Part shown: positions 1-11,700 of the stretch, piece by piece
How the letters are laid out: each line of letters starts with the position of its first letter
Position numbering within the stretch: position 1 is the stretch's first letter
Source: Azolla caroliniana
Taxonomy: Eukaryota > Plantae > Polypodiophyta
Assembly: GCA_043228905.1 (NCBI GenBank)
Contig: JBHGNT010000006.1
Location: 21,514,001-21,578,000, forward strand
Direction of reading: 5' to 3'
Length of the DNA stretch: 64,000 bases
Made by a program: the position numbers and the translations under genes
The notes under the pieces: model-generated
Databases searched by the model: none
Told to the model about the DNA's origin: nothing
Seen by the model: only the letters and a program-made list of their open reading frames with translations

Positions 1-1154
1 CTTTCTAGTGTGATTTCCCTCACACGACAATAGAGTGGGAGTATCTAACATGTTTAGTGATAATTGCAAGAGTTTGGAAATAAGAAACACCTGATTAAGA
101 CTAGTAAATAAAATTTATGGCCCAAAATCACTCGATTAGACGAAGTGAATCCTTAAAAATACGAGTTGGTCAAATAGTTACCACAAAAAACAATAGCTTT
201 TACAAGATCAATAGGATTAACAAGAAATGAAATGAAAGGGGAAAAGCGGTTGTTTCCGGTGAAGGTTCGGCTTTAGTGGTGTCACACTAAGATCTTGTCG
301 ATGTAGAGTTCTCTGGCCATTTAATGCTCCCTTCAACGACCGGTTTGCAACAACCTAAACCGTTCCCTTCAAAGCCGTCGATCTACAATTCTCTTCGTGG
401 TGGACAAGACGACCGAAACCCCCCCAAAGTAGAAGAGGTAGAGAAAACGAAGTGAAAAATAACAAAACTATACATGCACACCCAAATCTTCCAAAAGTTG
501 AACTCCAAAATGCGAAAATGAAAAATGACTAAATGTGGCATCCTCCCCCTCTCTTTTTATAGAGAGCGGCACCTCCTTGTTAAGGTTGTCTTCAACCATA
601 GGTTTAAAACAAATGATTGACTAAAGCGTACAAAACTATATTTGAAAATAAACATAAAATATACTTTAGGAAGTTCTTCTTAAATTTGATTAATAGACCT
701 ATTATACAAAAAAATTTGATCATACCACTAAGATATACAAAATCCTTATCATAATTAAGATATACTAAATCGTTAAAATAACATAACATATAAATTATAC
801 AAGTAAATGTACTACAGAAGTTTATGTGTCATGCCATGTGTAATGCATGCATTGAACAAGCAATAGTATATAATGACCTCACATAAAAAAAGGTGAATAT
901 CATCACGTGAGAGGTAAGCTAGAGAGTTGACAATTAATATGAAGCACATTGTATCTATTCGACGTTAAGATCATCTTCTATAATATCTTTCTCTATATAA
1001 GTTATAACCTTTCTATTCAAATATAACTAACACAAACTTTGTTATTTTGCTTTATATCTATGTTGCAACAACATAAAAAATTTGTAGCCAAAAATCTATG
1101 AGTAAAAGGGAACATGCTACCAACATGACTAGCGTTGTCATGGAATTGACACGT

Positions 1155-1914
1155 TGTCGCGGAAATACGCGCTTACGTGTCTAAATAGGGTCTCGGGCCA
1201 AGGAGCTGGTGAGAGCAAGAAGGTTGTCCAAATTGGTTAGCGATCACGAGTCCAGTCAGGACCGACTCACGGATGCCGGTTGGCAACGATGAACTCTTGG
1301 CGCCACTCAATTAGAAACACAACATGACAAGAATAGACCAAAAACAAGAACACGGGAAATCCGAAACACCCGGAGAGACTCAGCGAACTAACGATTAATA
1401 GAGGAAACACGAAAGATTACAAGCGGCCACGGCTGACGGAAGAGCTTCGAGCTCACTATATATACTCACACACACTAGCGAGCCTCCGATCGGGAGCACA
1501 CATGCTACCAACGCGAAGCGGAGGCCTCGCAACACGAGGACAAGGAAAATCGGAAAACAGGGAATAGGAAAGAAGCTCGGAGAGGTCGGTCCGGCAGCAC
1601 TTTGTGCACTTCGTCCTCCCAAAATGTGGATACCTAAAACAGGCTCAAGCCTCCCCTTTTATAGCACAAGGGGAGACCGTTACATCGTGATCAGGGCTAG
1701 AGATGCCCCCTCGATTTCTTCACATCAAATCCCCGTATTCTGTCTATGCGTATGGGACTTTAAAGTACCCATTAAGTCCCATTACCTAATACTTACTAGT
1801 CCTATGCTATTTACATATGTTTGTACATAATACTTGATTTGTGTACATCGGTGCACACACCCATTCGCGCGCACTCGGCTCTGTTTCTCTCTATGGCCAG
1901 AATCCTTCACGACA
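1155..1914 (-). mobile_element. Solo LTR (760 bp) of the tRNA-Trp-primed Gypsy family
   Basis: TGTCGCGG...CACGACA termini, flanked by a 4-bp direct repeat ACGT (1151-1154, 1915-1918). Shares blocks (e.g. cactagcgagcctccgat.gggagcac) with the PBS-linked LTR at 28528-29397, which sets the orientation. Confidence 0.88.
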
Positions 1915-2419
1915 ACGTGCATGTGAAACGTGAGCGAGACCACATCGGACTTGGACTAGAGAAAACGGGAATGTTAGGTCATCAAGAATAGAGTACTTGA
2001 CAATATCAATTTCGGCACATGATTTTTGTTGAGGGTTTAACCTAGCCCTCTTGTTAGTATCTTGTGTGAATGAGACCTTTCCATTTTGTATGTGTAGCCT
2101 TATACATTTTATAAATGTGAATGGTTTGTATATACATGTTTGTGTGTGTGTGTAAATGGGTAATTAAGGATTAATTATACTAGAGAAATATATTTTCATC
2201 CTATTGTATGTTTGTGCATACGTGCACAACCTCAAATATAGGTATGTATATATTAATATGTGTGCACTTTGTATATATTATTGTATATATATGCGTGTTC
2301 AAGTGTGTTTTTATATGTATGTGTATGAGGTTGTAATGGGAGTATGTGTAAACGCACTTGAACACACAATGGTTGTAATGGGAAGGCCAACTCTCACACA
2401 TGTACACACTATTACCCGT

Positions 2420-2655
2420 TGTCGTGAAGATTCTGGGCTACGGTGAGATACCGGGAGATATTGGAGGAATCGGCAAGGTGAGCCATGTGCACCCACTCTT
2501 GTAAAACTTGTATAGGGAAATGGGGGCGCCTTTATGACGCCGAGCGGCAATAAGTCGGGACGGACAATCCCATGTATCATGGGATTTATCCCACATAGTC
2601 TCGCGACCCTCACCTTGTTCTATAAAAGGGAGGGCGCGCTTCTAGTACAAGGGTC
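2420..2655 (+). repeat. 5' LTR of non-autonomous element, left part (TATAAAA at 2621-2627)
   Basis: Collinear with the start of the 3' LTR at 19046. Confidence 0.88.
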
Positions 2656-2739
2656 TGTTGGAGACGAGGTCGTCAATGCGGAAGATCAAGAACCATTCGA
2701 TTCTTGCTGAATACCTGCGTATGACAGATTATAGGTCGT

Positions 2740-2775
<36 letters not shown>

Positions 2776-2947
2776 AAAAGAGTCTTTATTCCATAAAGCA
2801 AATAATACAACACCCAACCTTCCAAAAAAGGTTACAAGGTCAATATATATATAGTGACCGACTTAGGGCAACTACCCTTTATGCTAATTACATAAATGGC
2901 CAAAACGGGATAGTGTGAATACGTCCATTATACACATGTATTCGACA
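2656..2947 (-). repeat. Copia 3' LTR (292 bp)
   Basis: Near-identical to 14964-15253; adjoined by ctccccc (PPT on the minus strand). Confidence 0.95.
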
Positions 2948-3140
2948 CTCCCCCGTAATGGGCGTATACATGGGTTATCTAAGTTTACAGGTATAGACTT
3001 AGGTTCTCGGACATATCAGCTTTGTTCGAGTCGGCAGGGTCCGAAGGCAGAAGACCGAACTGGTCGGGTCGGAGCAGTTGAAGCCGATCATTAAGGAACT
3101 GATGTCGGTTGTCGGGAACCATCCTGCTCTGTGTCCGGCT

Positions 3141-5799
3141 CTAACCGGACTGGTTTGTCGTTACGCCCATCTGATGCCGAAGAGACCGAAAACGGTCTGC
3201 CGAAAGACACTTGGTCATTCCATCTGCGACATTGTCGGTTGTGGATATTTTCTCTAGACCGATTTTCCCTGAAATGACGCAGTCCCGAACGAAGTGATAT
3301 CGAACGTCGATATGTTTGGAGGCGTTGTGGTGAACCGGATTTTTCGACAGGGCAACAGCACCTTGACTGTCGCTGTAGACAACTGGAGCTGAGTCATGGT
3401 CGACTTGTCGAAACGTGTGCGCCAGCCGACCGAGCCACAAAGCTTCTTTTGCTGCGTCGGACGCAGCTACATATTCTGCTTCGGTCGTTGAGGTCGCTGT
3501 GCACTCCTGAAGTTTCGACTTCCACGAAATTGTTCCATTGCCGAATTTGAAGCAGTATCCGGTTGTTGATTTCCGACTGTCTATACAGCCGGCGAAGTCC
3601 GAGTCGGTGTAGCCGACTACGCCTGAGGTTCGGTTCGGACCGAAAAGAATGCCATGGTCTTTTGTGCCAGCCAGATATCTGAACACATGCTTGACTGCGT
3701 TCCAATGCGATCTGCCAGGATTGTGCATAAATCTGCTGACGACTCCTACGGCGTGAGAAATATCAGGCCGTGTCGCGACCATCAGGTACATAAGGGAGCC
3801 GACTGCCGGTGCATACGGTACCGACTTCATATCTTCCCCCTCCGGTTCGGATGTCGGGCAGTCTCGCTGAGAGAGCCGAAGATTCATGGGGAGCGGGGTT
3901 GAAGCAGATTTGGCTGATTGCATGTTGAAGCGTTCCAAGACACGTCCGATATAGTCGGTCTGAGACAAAAAAAGATGTCGTTTATCGCGATGCCGACTAA
4001 TTTTCATGCCAAGGATGTGTCGTGCCGGACCGAGGTCCTTCATGGCAAACTTCAACCGCAGTTGCCGAATGAGATCGGCAAGTTCGCCCGCGTGGCGTCC
4101 AGAAATTAGCATGTCGTCCACGTAAATGATGAGGAAGATGGGTGATCCATCTTGAGCTGTGTTGGTGAAGAGACAATGGTCCTCATCGCTTTTTGAGAAG
4201 CCGATCGATTGGATGAAGTCGTCGAACTTCTTGTACCATTGTCGCGGTGCCTGTTTGAGGCCGTATAGACTCTTCCTGAGTCGGCAGACTAGATGTTCTT
4301 GGCCAGTTGCCACGAAGCCTTTTGGCTGCTCCATATAAATTTCCTCCTCGAGATCACCATGGACGAAGGCTGTTTTGACATCTAGCTGAATCAGCTCCAA
4401 GTTGTCGGCTGCCACGACGCCGAGCAGAAAACGAAGGGTTGTCATTTTCACCACTGGTGAAAAAATCTCGTCGAAGTCGACGCCATATTCTTGTCGGAAG
4501 CCCTTCGCAACTAATCTGGCCTTGTACTTTGGGGTGGTCGAATCAGACGTCTCTTTTAGTCGATAAACCCACTTGCAAGGAAGAGCACGTCGGTTCCTAG
4601 GTAATTCGACCAGATCCCAAGTCTTGTTTGCCCGGATGGAGTGCATTTCCGACTCCATCGCCAGATGCCAGGTGGCTGAATCGACAGATGTCGATGCTTC
4701 TTCGTAAGACGTCGGTTCGCCGGCGTCGGTGAAGAAAATTCCAGGAGAATACCTCTCCGGAGGTTGCGACAGTCTCTCGGATCGTCGAGGTATGATTGGA
4801 CTGGTCGCATCGGGTATCGAGGTCGGATGGTCCGAAAGCGGATTGTTCTGCTGTGCCGAGTCGGAGTTGTCCGAGTCGGTGGTGCAAGGTTCAGCTACCC
4901 GTGAAGCTGACCGTGTGTTGAGAGCGGGGCCTTCTTGAGGGGTCGGCACATCGGAGAATGTTACCCTTCGGACTTCGATCGGTTTTTCGATTGATGGATT
5001 CATAGCCGACTCGTTGAACACAACGTCCGAACTTCGAACGATTTGTCTGCGTTCAGGGTCCCAGAGTCGGTATCCCATTTCGCCGTCTGATCCATATCCA
5101 AGGAAAATGCATTTCCTGGACCGAGGTGCAAGTTTTCGGCGATTATCTTTCGGAATGAGGGCGTATGCCTCGCATCCGAAGATCCTCAGCTTGTCGTAAT
5201 TCGGCTTACTGCCGATCCATAGTTCCTGAGGAATTTGAAGTCCTAGAGGTCTACTTGGCGACATATTGATTATGTGTACTGCCGTGAGTAGAGCCTCTGC
5301 CCAGAAGCCATCCGACAGTCGGGAGTGTTGGAGCATGGAAACTATCCGTTCTTGGATTGTCCGATTCATTCGTTCTGCAATCCCGTTTTGCTCCGGACTG
5401 TGTGGTGCCGTAAATTCACGTCGGATGCCGCGTTGTCGGCAGAATTTGACGAATTCTTCGGATTTGAACTCTCCCCCATTGTCTGTCCGAAGGCATTTCA
5501 GCTTTCGGTCGGTTTGATTTTCTACCATAGCGAGCCAATCGGTGAAGATCGAGAAGACCCGATCTTTGGTGCGAATTGGATAAGCCCACACCTTTCGAGT
5601 CGAATCGTCAATAAAAGTGACGAAGTAAGAGGCACCGCCGAGAGACTGATGCGGCATTGGGCCACAGACGTCCGAGTGGACCAAATCGAGAGGTCTCGTT
5701 TCTCTTGGTGCTGATGTCGGGTGTGATGCGGCTACTTGTTTGCTATACTGGCAATGCTCGCAAAATTGATGGTCGGAGAAGGAGAGTTTGGGGATGTAC
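3141..5799 (-). CDS. pol: Copia polyprotein, 3' part: integrase, reverse transcriptase, RNase H
   Basis: Motifs CEHC, LVHSDVCGP, FIDDSTR, RTDNGGEF, QNGIAER, YKARLVAKGF, QLDVKTAF, IYVDDML, YTDSDFAG, KHIDVRYHF. The first ~25 aa of the ORF-track entry 3141..5876 are Gypsy LTR sequence. Confidence 0.95.
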
Positions 5800-5803
5800 C
5801 CGG

Positions 5804-6505
5804 TGTCGTGAAGAAAACCGCCCACAAGGGGAATCGGAGGAACAAGGCGTGGGGGGGGAAACGGCTCTACACTCACACGCGCGCCAAGAAGTACCTAAGG
5901 ACGAAGTAGGTACATACGAGGATCCTAGGTGGGAAGATTCGGTTGGTATGCAGTTAATGCCAAACGGCCTCTTGACGGGATATAAAAAGGAAGGGGAAGA
6001 ATAGGAGCGGGGGATCTCGCGCAGGAGAGGACGAAGTGCTGCCGAACCGATTTCGAAGCTCTCTCACTCCTGCTTTCTCTGTCTTCTGCTCCATCGCGTA
6101 CCTGTGCAGGTTTCGAGGAGGCTTGCGCTGTTCCGTGGAACGCCCCGAGTGCGTCCTGCAGCACCTCCGACCTGTTTTCCCCTTTCTGTGCGTCGCGACA
6201 TACAGGGGTCGGCATCTGTTCGCCGCCCTGTTCGTCTTCGTTAGTATCTATTTCGTGCCCCACCGTGGGTTGTAATACTTTAGCCTGTTATTTTCTTGCA
6301 TTCATAAGTACATATCTCTCGTTGTTGCGTCCATCTGCGTCGGCGTTTATTTGTGATCTCTGTTTGTTGGGCCGTGTCCCTGTGCAATCTTCGGATCTGT
6401 GTAATCGGGTCTCTCTCTCCTTCTCCTCTCTCTCTCTTGCTCTTCGGTCCAAGACCCCCGTGGTCCCTCCTCCTTTCTGCACGCAAGGGCGTAGCAACCC
6501 CGACA
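5804..6505 (+). repeat. Gypsy 5' LTR
   Basis: TGTCGTGAAG...CCCCGACA, direct repeat of 12233-12934. Confidence 0.96.
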
Positions 6506-6508
6506 TCT

Positions 6509-6526
6509 TGGTGAACCCGACGTGAA
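6509..6526 (+). promoter_or_regulatory. Primer-binding site complementary to the tRNA-Trp 3' end
   Basis: TGGTGAACCCGACGTGAA is the reverse complement of ...TTCACGTCGGGTTCA-CCA, the 3' end of plant cytosolic tRNA-Trp as recalled. Confidence 0.85.
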
Positions 6527-6548
6527 GGAGGCGGCAGAAGAGCAGGAA

Positions 6549-8672
6549 ATGAGGGGGTCGGATCTCGCAGAGGCCATGGCTTCGGCCGTGGATCGGATTG
6601 TAAACGCGCGCGAGAGCACCGGTGCCCTCGACAGAGCTATTGAGGCGGTCGTCGGCACGATCGGCCGGTTCGATGGGAAGGATGCCACGAAGTATTTGGC
6701 GTCCTACGGTGCAGAGATGCTGATGCGGGACATTCCGGAAGAAAGGCGTCTTGCCGGATTTCCCCGAGTAGCGATGCCGAGCATCCATGCGGAGGTGCTC
6801 GAGGTGCGGACGGAGAGCCGTACCTGGGAGGAGCTCGAAGGTCGGCTCCTAGAGAAATACGGGCTGGACGACGCGCTCCGGCTTTCGAAGCGAAGGTTCA
6901 TGGAATGGGTGGAGTCCCCGGGGAAGGGAAGAAACGCGTCGGCGCTCCTCCGGGAGTTCGAGGAAAACTTTGCGCGCCTTTCGGCGCTTGACCGAACCAT
7001 CCTGGACACGAGCCGGGTCTTGCTGTTTGTCAAGTCGGTCGACGAGCGGGATCGGGAGCAAGTGGGCTTCTTGCTGGAAACCGAAGACGGGCTCACTACC
7101 GACTGGGCGGCTGTCAGGAAGGTCTGTGGCCGTTTCGACAAACGGCGAGAATGGGCGGATAACGGGGCGACCGGGTCGGGCTCGGTCGCAGCAAGGAAGC
7201 TCGAACCAGTGCCACAGGTGCGCAAAGAAGAGACCCGGGAGTGGTTGGAAACCGGTTCGGCTTCGACCGGCGTAATCAGAGGCTCAACCGGAGGAGCGGC
7301 GCTGGAGGAATTGACGAAGGCGATAAAGGACCTCCAAATCGCGCAGGCCCGAAGGGAAGGAGGCGAACCGGCTCGTGACCGACGGCCGGCGGCAGGAAAC
7401 AGGTGCATGTGGTGCGATGAAGTCGGCCACATCCGGAAGGACTGCGGCGACTTCGCGGAGGCGCTGAGGAACAGGGTGGTGTACCTGTGGGAAGGACGGG
7501 TGCATGCCAGCGACACCCGAAGGGCCCTGAGCCGAAACGACGGAAAGGGCGGTATGAAAAGGGTGATGGAAGAGGCGGCAGCCCGACACGCGGAAACCGT
7601 CCACTACTCGGCGTCGGCCGGCATTCGAGTCGGGGGCGGCGATGCCCGGAGGGAAAGCAAAGCCGGATTCTGGCCGACGGTGCTGGAAGGCCTTGCCAAT
7701 ACGAGGATGAAGAGGGAGGAATCGGACCGTGCGGAGAAACGGGTACGGGAGATGACCGGGTGGAGCGACCCGGTCGAGGAAAGGACGGGCTTCGTGGAAG
7801 CTGCTTGCCAGAACTACGAGGCTCTGGTAGAAGAGAAGCGGGTGGGGAGACCCGGGACGACCGGGCCCTCACAACGATACGAGACCCGGTCCGGGCCACG
7901 ACGGGACGAAGCCGGCGGGGCCGGTACGCAAGATAAACCCCAGAAGGGCGGGTACCGTCTGGGGACGGAGATAGAAAGGACCACGGACTTACGAAAGGTC
8001 CTGGAGGAACGGATCCTCGACAGCAAGGTGGAGCTGTCGTTACGAGAGGTGCTGGGGATCGCCAAGGAGTTCCACGACTCCATCGTGGACTTGGTGAAAC
8101 GGAAGAGGCTGTCGACGGAGACAGAACCGGAAAGACCGGTGGAAGTGCGGACGACGCACCTAGACGACATGGCGCTGGGAGACGAGTGGGCGGAAAGCCA
8201 CTATTCGAGACCACACTGGGCCCGAGCAACCACGGAAACCCCGGTGAAGATCGGCGATGTCCAGGAACCGGTGATAGCTTTGGTGGACCACGGATCGGAG
8301 ATCAATTTGATGTCCATGGACTTCTATAAGAAGGGCAAATGGCCGATCAACACCAAGCACGGGTGGAAAATAAGGGCAGCAACGCGCGCCACCGAGGAAC
8401 TGCACGGGGCCTGTCCGAATGTGCGGGTCAAGATTGGCGACGTCGAGATTGACCAGCACTTCTTCGTGCAGGAGACGTCTTCGCATCCGGTCATTCTGGG
8501 AGAACCGTACATTACGGCGGCGCGGATGGAGACCAAAGTGCTGGACAATGGTTCGGCCTATGCGAGGGTCAAAAGCCAAGACGGGCGCCATTCGGTCCAG
8601 TTTCTGACGGTAAGGCCGAACCACGAACGTAACCGCGATTCCCTCGGTTCCGAAACCCGAGAGGATTTTTAG
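6549..8672 (+). CDS. gag: Gypsy Gag-protease ORF
   Basis: Zinc knuckle CMWCDEVGHIRKDC; aspartic protease ALVDHGSEINLM...VILGEPY. First in-frame ATG at 6549. Confidence 0.92.
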   Translation: MRGSDLAEAMASAVDRIVNARESTGALDRAIEAVVGTIGRFDGKDATKYLASYGAEMLMRDIPEERRLAGFPRVAMPSIHAEVLEVRTESRTWEELEGRLLEKYGLDDALRLSKRRFMEWVESPGKGRNASALLREFEENFARLSALDRTILDTSRVLLFVKSVDERDREQVGFLLETEDGLTTDWAAVRKVCGRFDKRREWADNGATGSGSVAARKLEPVPQVRKEETREWLETGSASTGVIRGSTGGAALEELTKAIKDLQIAQARREGGEPARDRRPAAGNRCMWCDEVGHIRKDCGDFAEALRNRVVYLWEGRVHASDTRRALSRNDGKGGMKRVMEEAAARHAETVHYSASAGIRVGGGDARRESKAGFWPTVLEGLANTRMKREESDRAEKRVREMTGWSDPVEERTGFVEAACQNYEALVEEKRVGRPGTTGPSQRYETRSGPRRDEAGGAGTQDKPQKGGYRLGTEIERTTDLRKVLEERILDSKVELSLREVLGIAKEFHDSIVDLVKRKRLSTETEPERPVEVRTTHLDDMALGDEWAESHYSRPHWARATTETPVKIGDVQEPVIALVDHGSEINLMSMDFYKKGKWPINTKHGWKIRAATRATEELHGACPNVRVKIGDVEIDQHFFVQETSSHPVILGEPYITAARMETKVLDNGSAYARVKSQDGRHSVQFLTVRPNHERNRDSLGSETREDF

Positions 8673-8728
8673 AGAGGACTGCCAAGGCGTGGGGCCGCGA
8701 CAGTCCGGACACCCCGGGAAAACCCCAC
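8663..8728 (+). promoter_or_regulatory. -1 ribosomal frameshift signal: G GAU UUU heptamer plus H-type pseudoknot
   Basis: Heptamer 8663-8669 just before the gag TAG; 6-nt spacer; stem 1 GGACTG (8676-8681)/CAGTCC (8701-8706); stem 2 GTGGGG (8689-8694)/CCCCAC (8723-8728). Confidence 0.78.
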
Positions 8729-11700
8729 ACCTGTACGATAAAACCGAAGAAACCTTGTACCATAGGTAGGGAATTTTTGTTCTCCGACAGCGGAGCGTGT
8801 ACGATAGTCGGCATCGGCGGCCGAGAGAAGAGAAAGGCGGAGGGGAGACTTCGAGCGTGCGGAGTTCTCGGCCCTGACGAGGAAATCGACGGAGCCGTGG
8901 AGGCGGTCTCATTCGACGACACCTTGGGGATGCTGGGAAAGGTAGTCGAAGAAGGCCTTAACGAAGACCGGACGATACCGGTGTGTTCCGAGGAGATGTA
9001 CGAAGTCATCGCGGACTTCGGTCGAGGGCTTGAGTCGGTACGAACGGCCCACGTAAGCACCAAGTACAAGACTGTGGACCGGAAGGTAAGGCCAGTCGCG
9101 GCACCCTTACCGGAGGACAGCGCGTCGAGAATCAAAGGGGTTGCATCGGACCCTAGTCTACGAGATCCGGCCTGCATAGGACACACCTTCACCGACGAGA
9201 CGCTCCGAGAGCTCAAAATCGGTGGGGGCGGGTTCCTACTGCCGGCGGAGGAAGACCGGTTTCGGAGAATGCTCGGAAGGCACGGGAAAGCCTTCGCATT
9301 CTCACCGGAGGAAATCGGGTGCGTTGACCCGACGATCGTGGAGCCGATGGTGATATTCACGGTACCGCATGTACCATGGAATCTCAAGCCAATCCCGGTT
9401 CCGAGAGCTCACATCCCGAAGTTGATGGAGCTGCTGAGGCAGAAAGTTGATATGGGAATTCTCGAGCCGTCGAGCGCCCCATATTCGAATCGATGGTTTA
9501 CCGTACCGAAGAAAAACGGTTCGTTGCGCTTCATCCAGGACCTGCAGCCGGTCAATCGAGTGACGATTCGGAACGCAGGGATCGGACCGACCATAGACGA
9601 GTTCGCGGAGGCCTTCGCCGGAAGGTCAATTTACTCGATCGGGGATCTATACTCAGGGTACGACCAGTTCCAGCTAGCCGTGGAGAGCAGAGACATTACG
9701 ACGATGCGAACTCCCCTCGGCCTAGTTCGGATGTGTACACTGCCGCAAGGAGGGACCAACTCGGTGGCCCACATGGTGAATGCGATGAACAAGGTTCTGA
9801 GGGACTGTATCCCGGACATCACCATGCCGTTTCTGGACGACATCCCGATCAAGGGATGCCCGGTGGAAGAAAAGGACGAGACGATCGGCCCGGACGGATG
9901 CCGGCGATTCGTGGCGACGCACATCGACGACTGCGAGAAGGTGCTGCAAAGGCTAGAGGATGCGAGACTCACCTTCTCCGGGGAGAAGTCGGCCTTCGGG
10001 CAGTCAGAAATCATGGTGGTCGGACACCTGTGCGGACCATATGGCCGGAAACCGTCTCCGGCAAAGGTAGAAGCCATCTCCGCGATGAAGCCCGACTGCA
10101 GCTCGGTCACGGAAGTACGGAGATTCCTGGGGGCATGCGCGTTCTACCACATATGGATCCCGCATTACGCACACGTCGCGGAGCCACTGTACGGGTTGCT
10201 GAAAAAGGGGCGAAGGTTCGAATGGCTAGACGAGCACGCGGAATCGGTCCGGAAGCTGAAAGAGGCTCTTGCAGCGGCACCGGCACTTCGGAAGGCGGTA
10301 TACGGGAAGGGTACCCCGGTATTCATAACGGTGGATACCAGTCCGACCGGGATCGGATGGGTCGTGAACCAGGAAGACGAGGACGGCAATCGGTTTCCGA
10401 TCCGATTCGGCGCGAAAGTCCTCAGTGAACGGCAGCGAGGATACGCCCAGGTTAAACGCGAACTCTGGGGTATTGTTTCGGCGGTTAAGGCCGACAAAGA
10501 CTACCTGATAGGGACAGAAGTGATCATCGAGACGGATTGCCTGCCGATTCTCGGTATGGTTTCCGGATGCGCGACTCCGGACCTGGCGATGCTCAGGTGG
10601 ATAGCGTACATCAAGTCCCTGGACCCGGAAATACGACACATTTCCGGGAAAGACAACGCCATGGCCGACATGCTTTCAAGAGCGAGGTTCGACGACGAGG
10701 GCGGCATGGTTTCGGAAGACGAAGAAGTCGGCGTGGATTTCTTCGAGGCGGCATACATGACGACCGACGGGATGAGCACTCCGGCGCTTAACGAGTTCGA
10801 CGCGAGCAAGTACGACGGGGAGTGGCTACAGATCGGCGGGTTTTTGAAGACAATGACGCCCGATGCGTCATGGACGAAGGACGAGGCCAACCGGATCCGG
10901 AAGAAAGCATATCGATTCTTTCTCCGAGATGGGCATTTGTGGAAACACCCGAAGAAGAGGAACGGCGTCCCGCTCCGGGTGGTGGCGATGAAGGAAGAAC
11001 AGGAGGAGCTACTGGCGGCCTACCACGACAGCCCTTGGGCCGGACACCGTGGAACGTGGGCGACATTTGAGAAGCTGAAGGGGAAGTACTGGTGGCCGGG
11101 ATTGTACCGGGACGTGCATCGGTTCGTGTCAACTTGCGAGAGTTGTCAGATGCACTCGATAGTCCGACACCGGGACGGGCTTCGCCCTACGTACCCTCCG
11201 ACTATCCACTTCAAATGGATGGTAGATCTAGTGACGATGCCGATGGGGGTAGGACAGATGCGGTATCTGGTCCTAGCGCGGGAAGACCTGACGAACCAGG
11301 TGGAAGGCCGAGCCCTTCAGAATAAGACGACCGCGGCCGTGTGTCGGTTCCTGATCGAGGACGTGATATGCCGGTACGGGTGCGTCGGGAAGATCGTGGC
11401 TGACCGAGGGGAGTTGGACACCGAGGAAGCCGCGGAGCTGTTTGATCGGCTGGGAGTCAAACTCTCGCTCACCACTGCGTACAACCCGGAGGCGAATGGA
11501 AAGGTGGAGCGCGGACACGGGCCGATCGTTAAAGCGCTGGTTCGGGCATGCGGGGGCCAAATCGGTAACTGGCCGCGACTTCTACCATATGCTTTGTGGG
11601 CCGACCGGACTACGCACAGTTCGGTAACCGGGTACATGCCGACAGAGCTCATGTTCGGCCAGAAGCCGATCATGCCGATGGAACGAACAATCTCCTCATG

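Noticed and set aside
2026-2419. 3' LTR of the old minus-strand Gypsy, continuing at 20206-20220
   Set aside because: Plausible, but there is no second LTR copy or TSD in the window to fix its boundaries.
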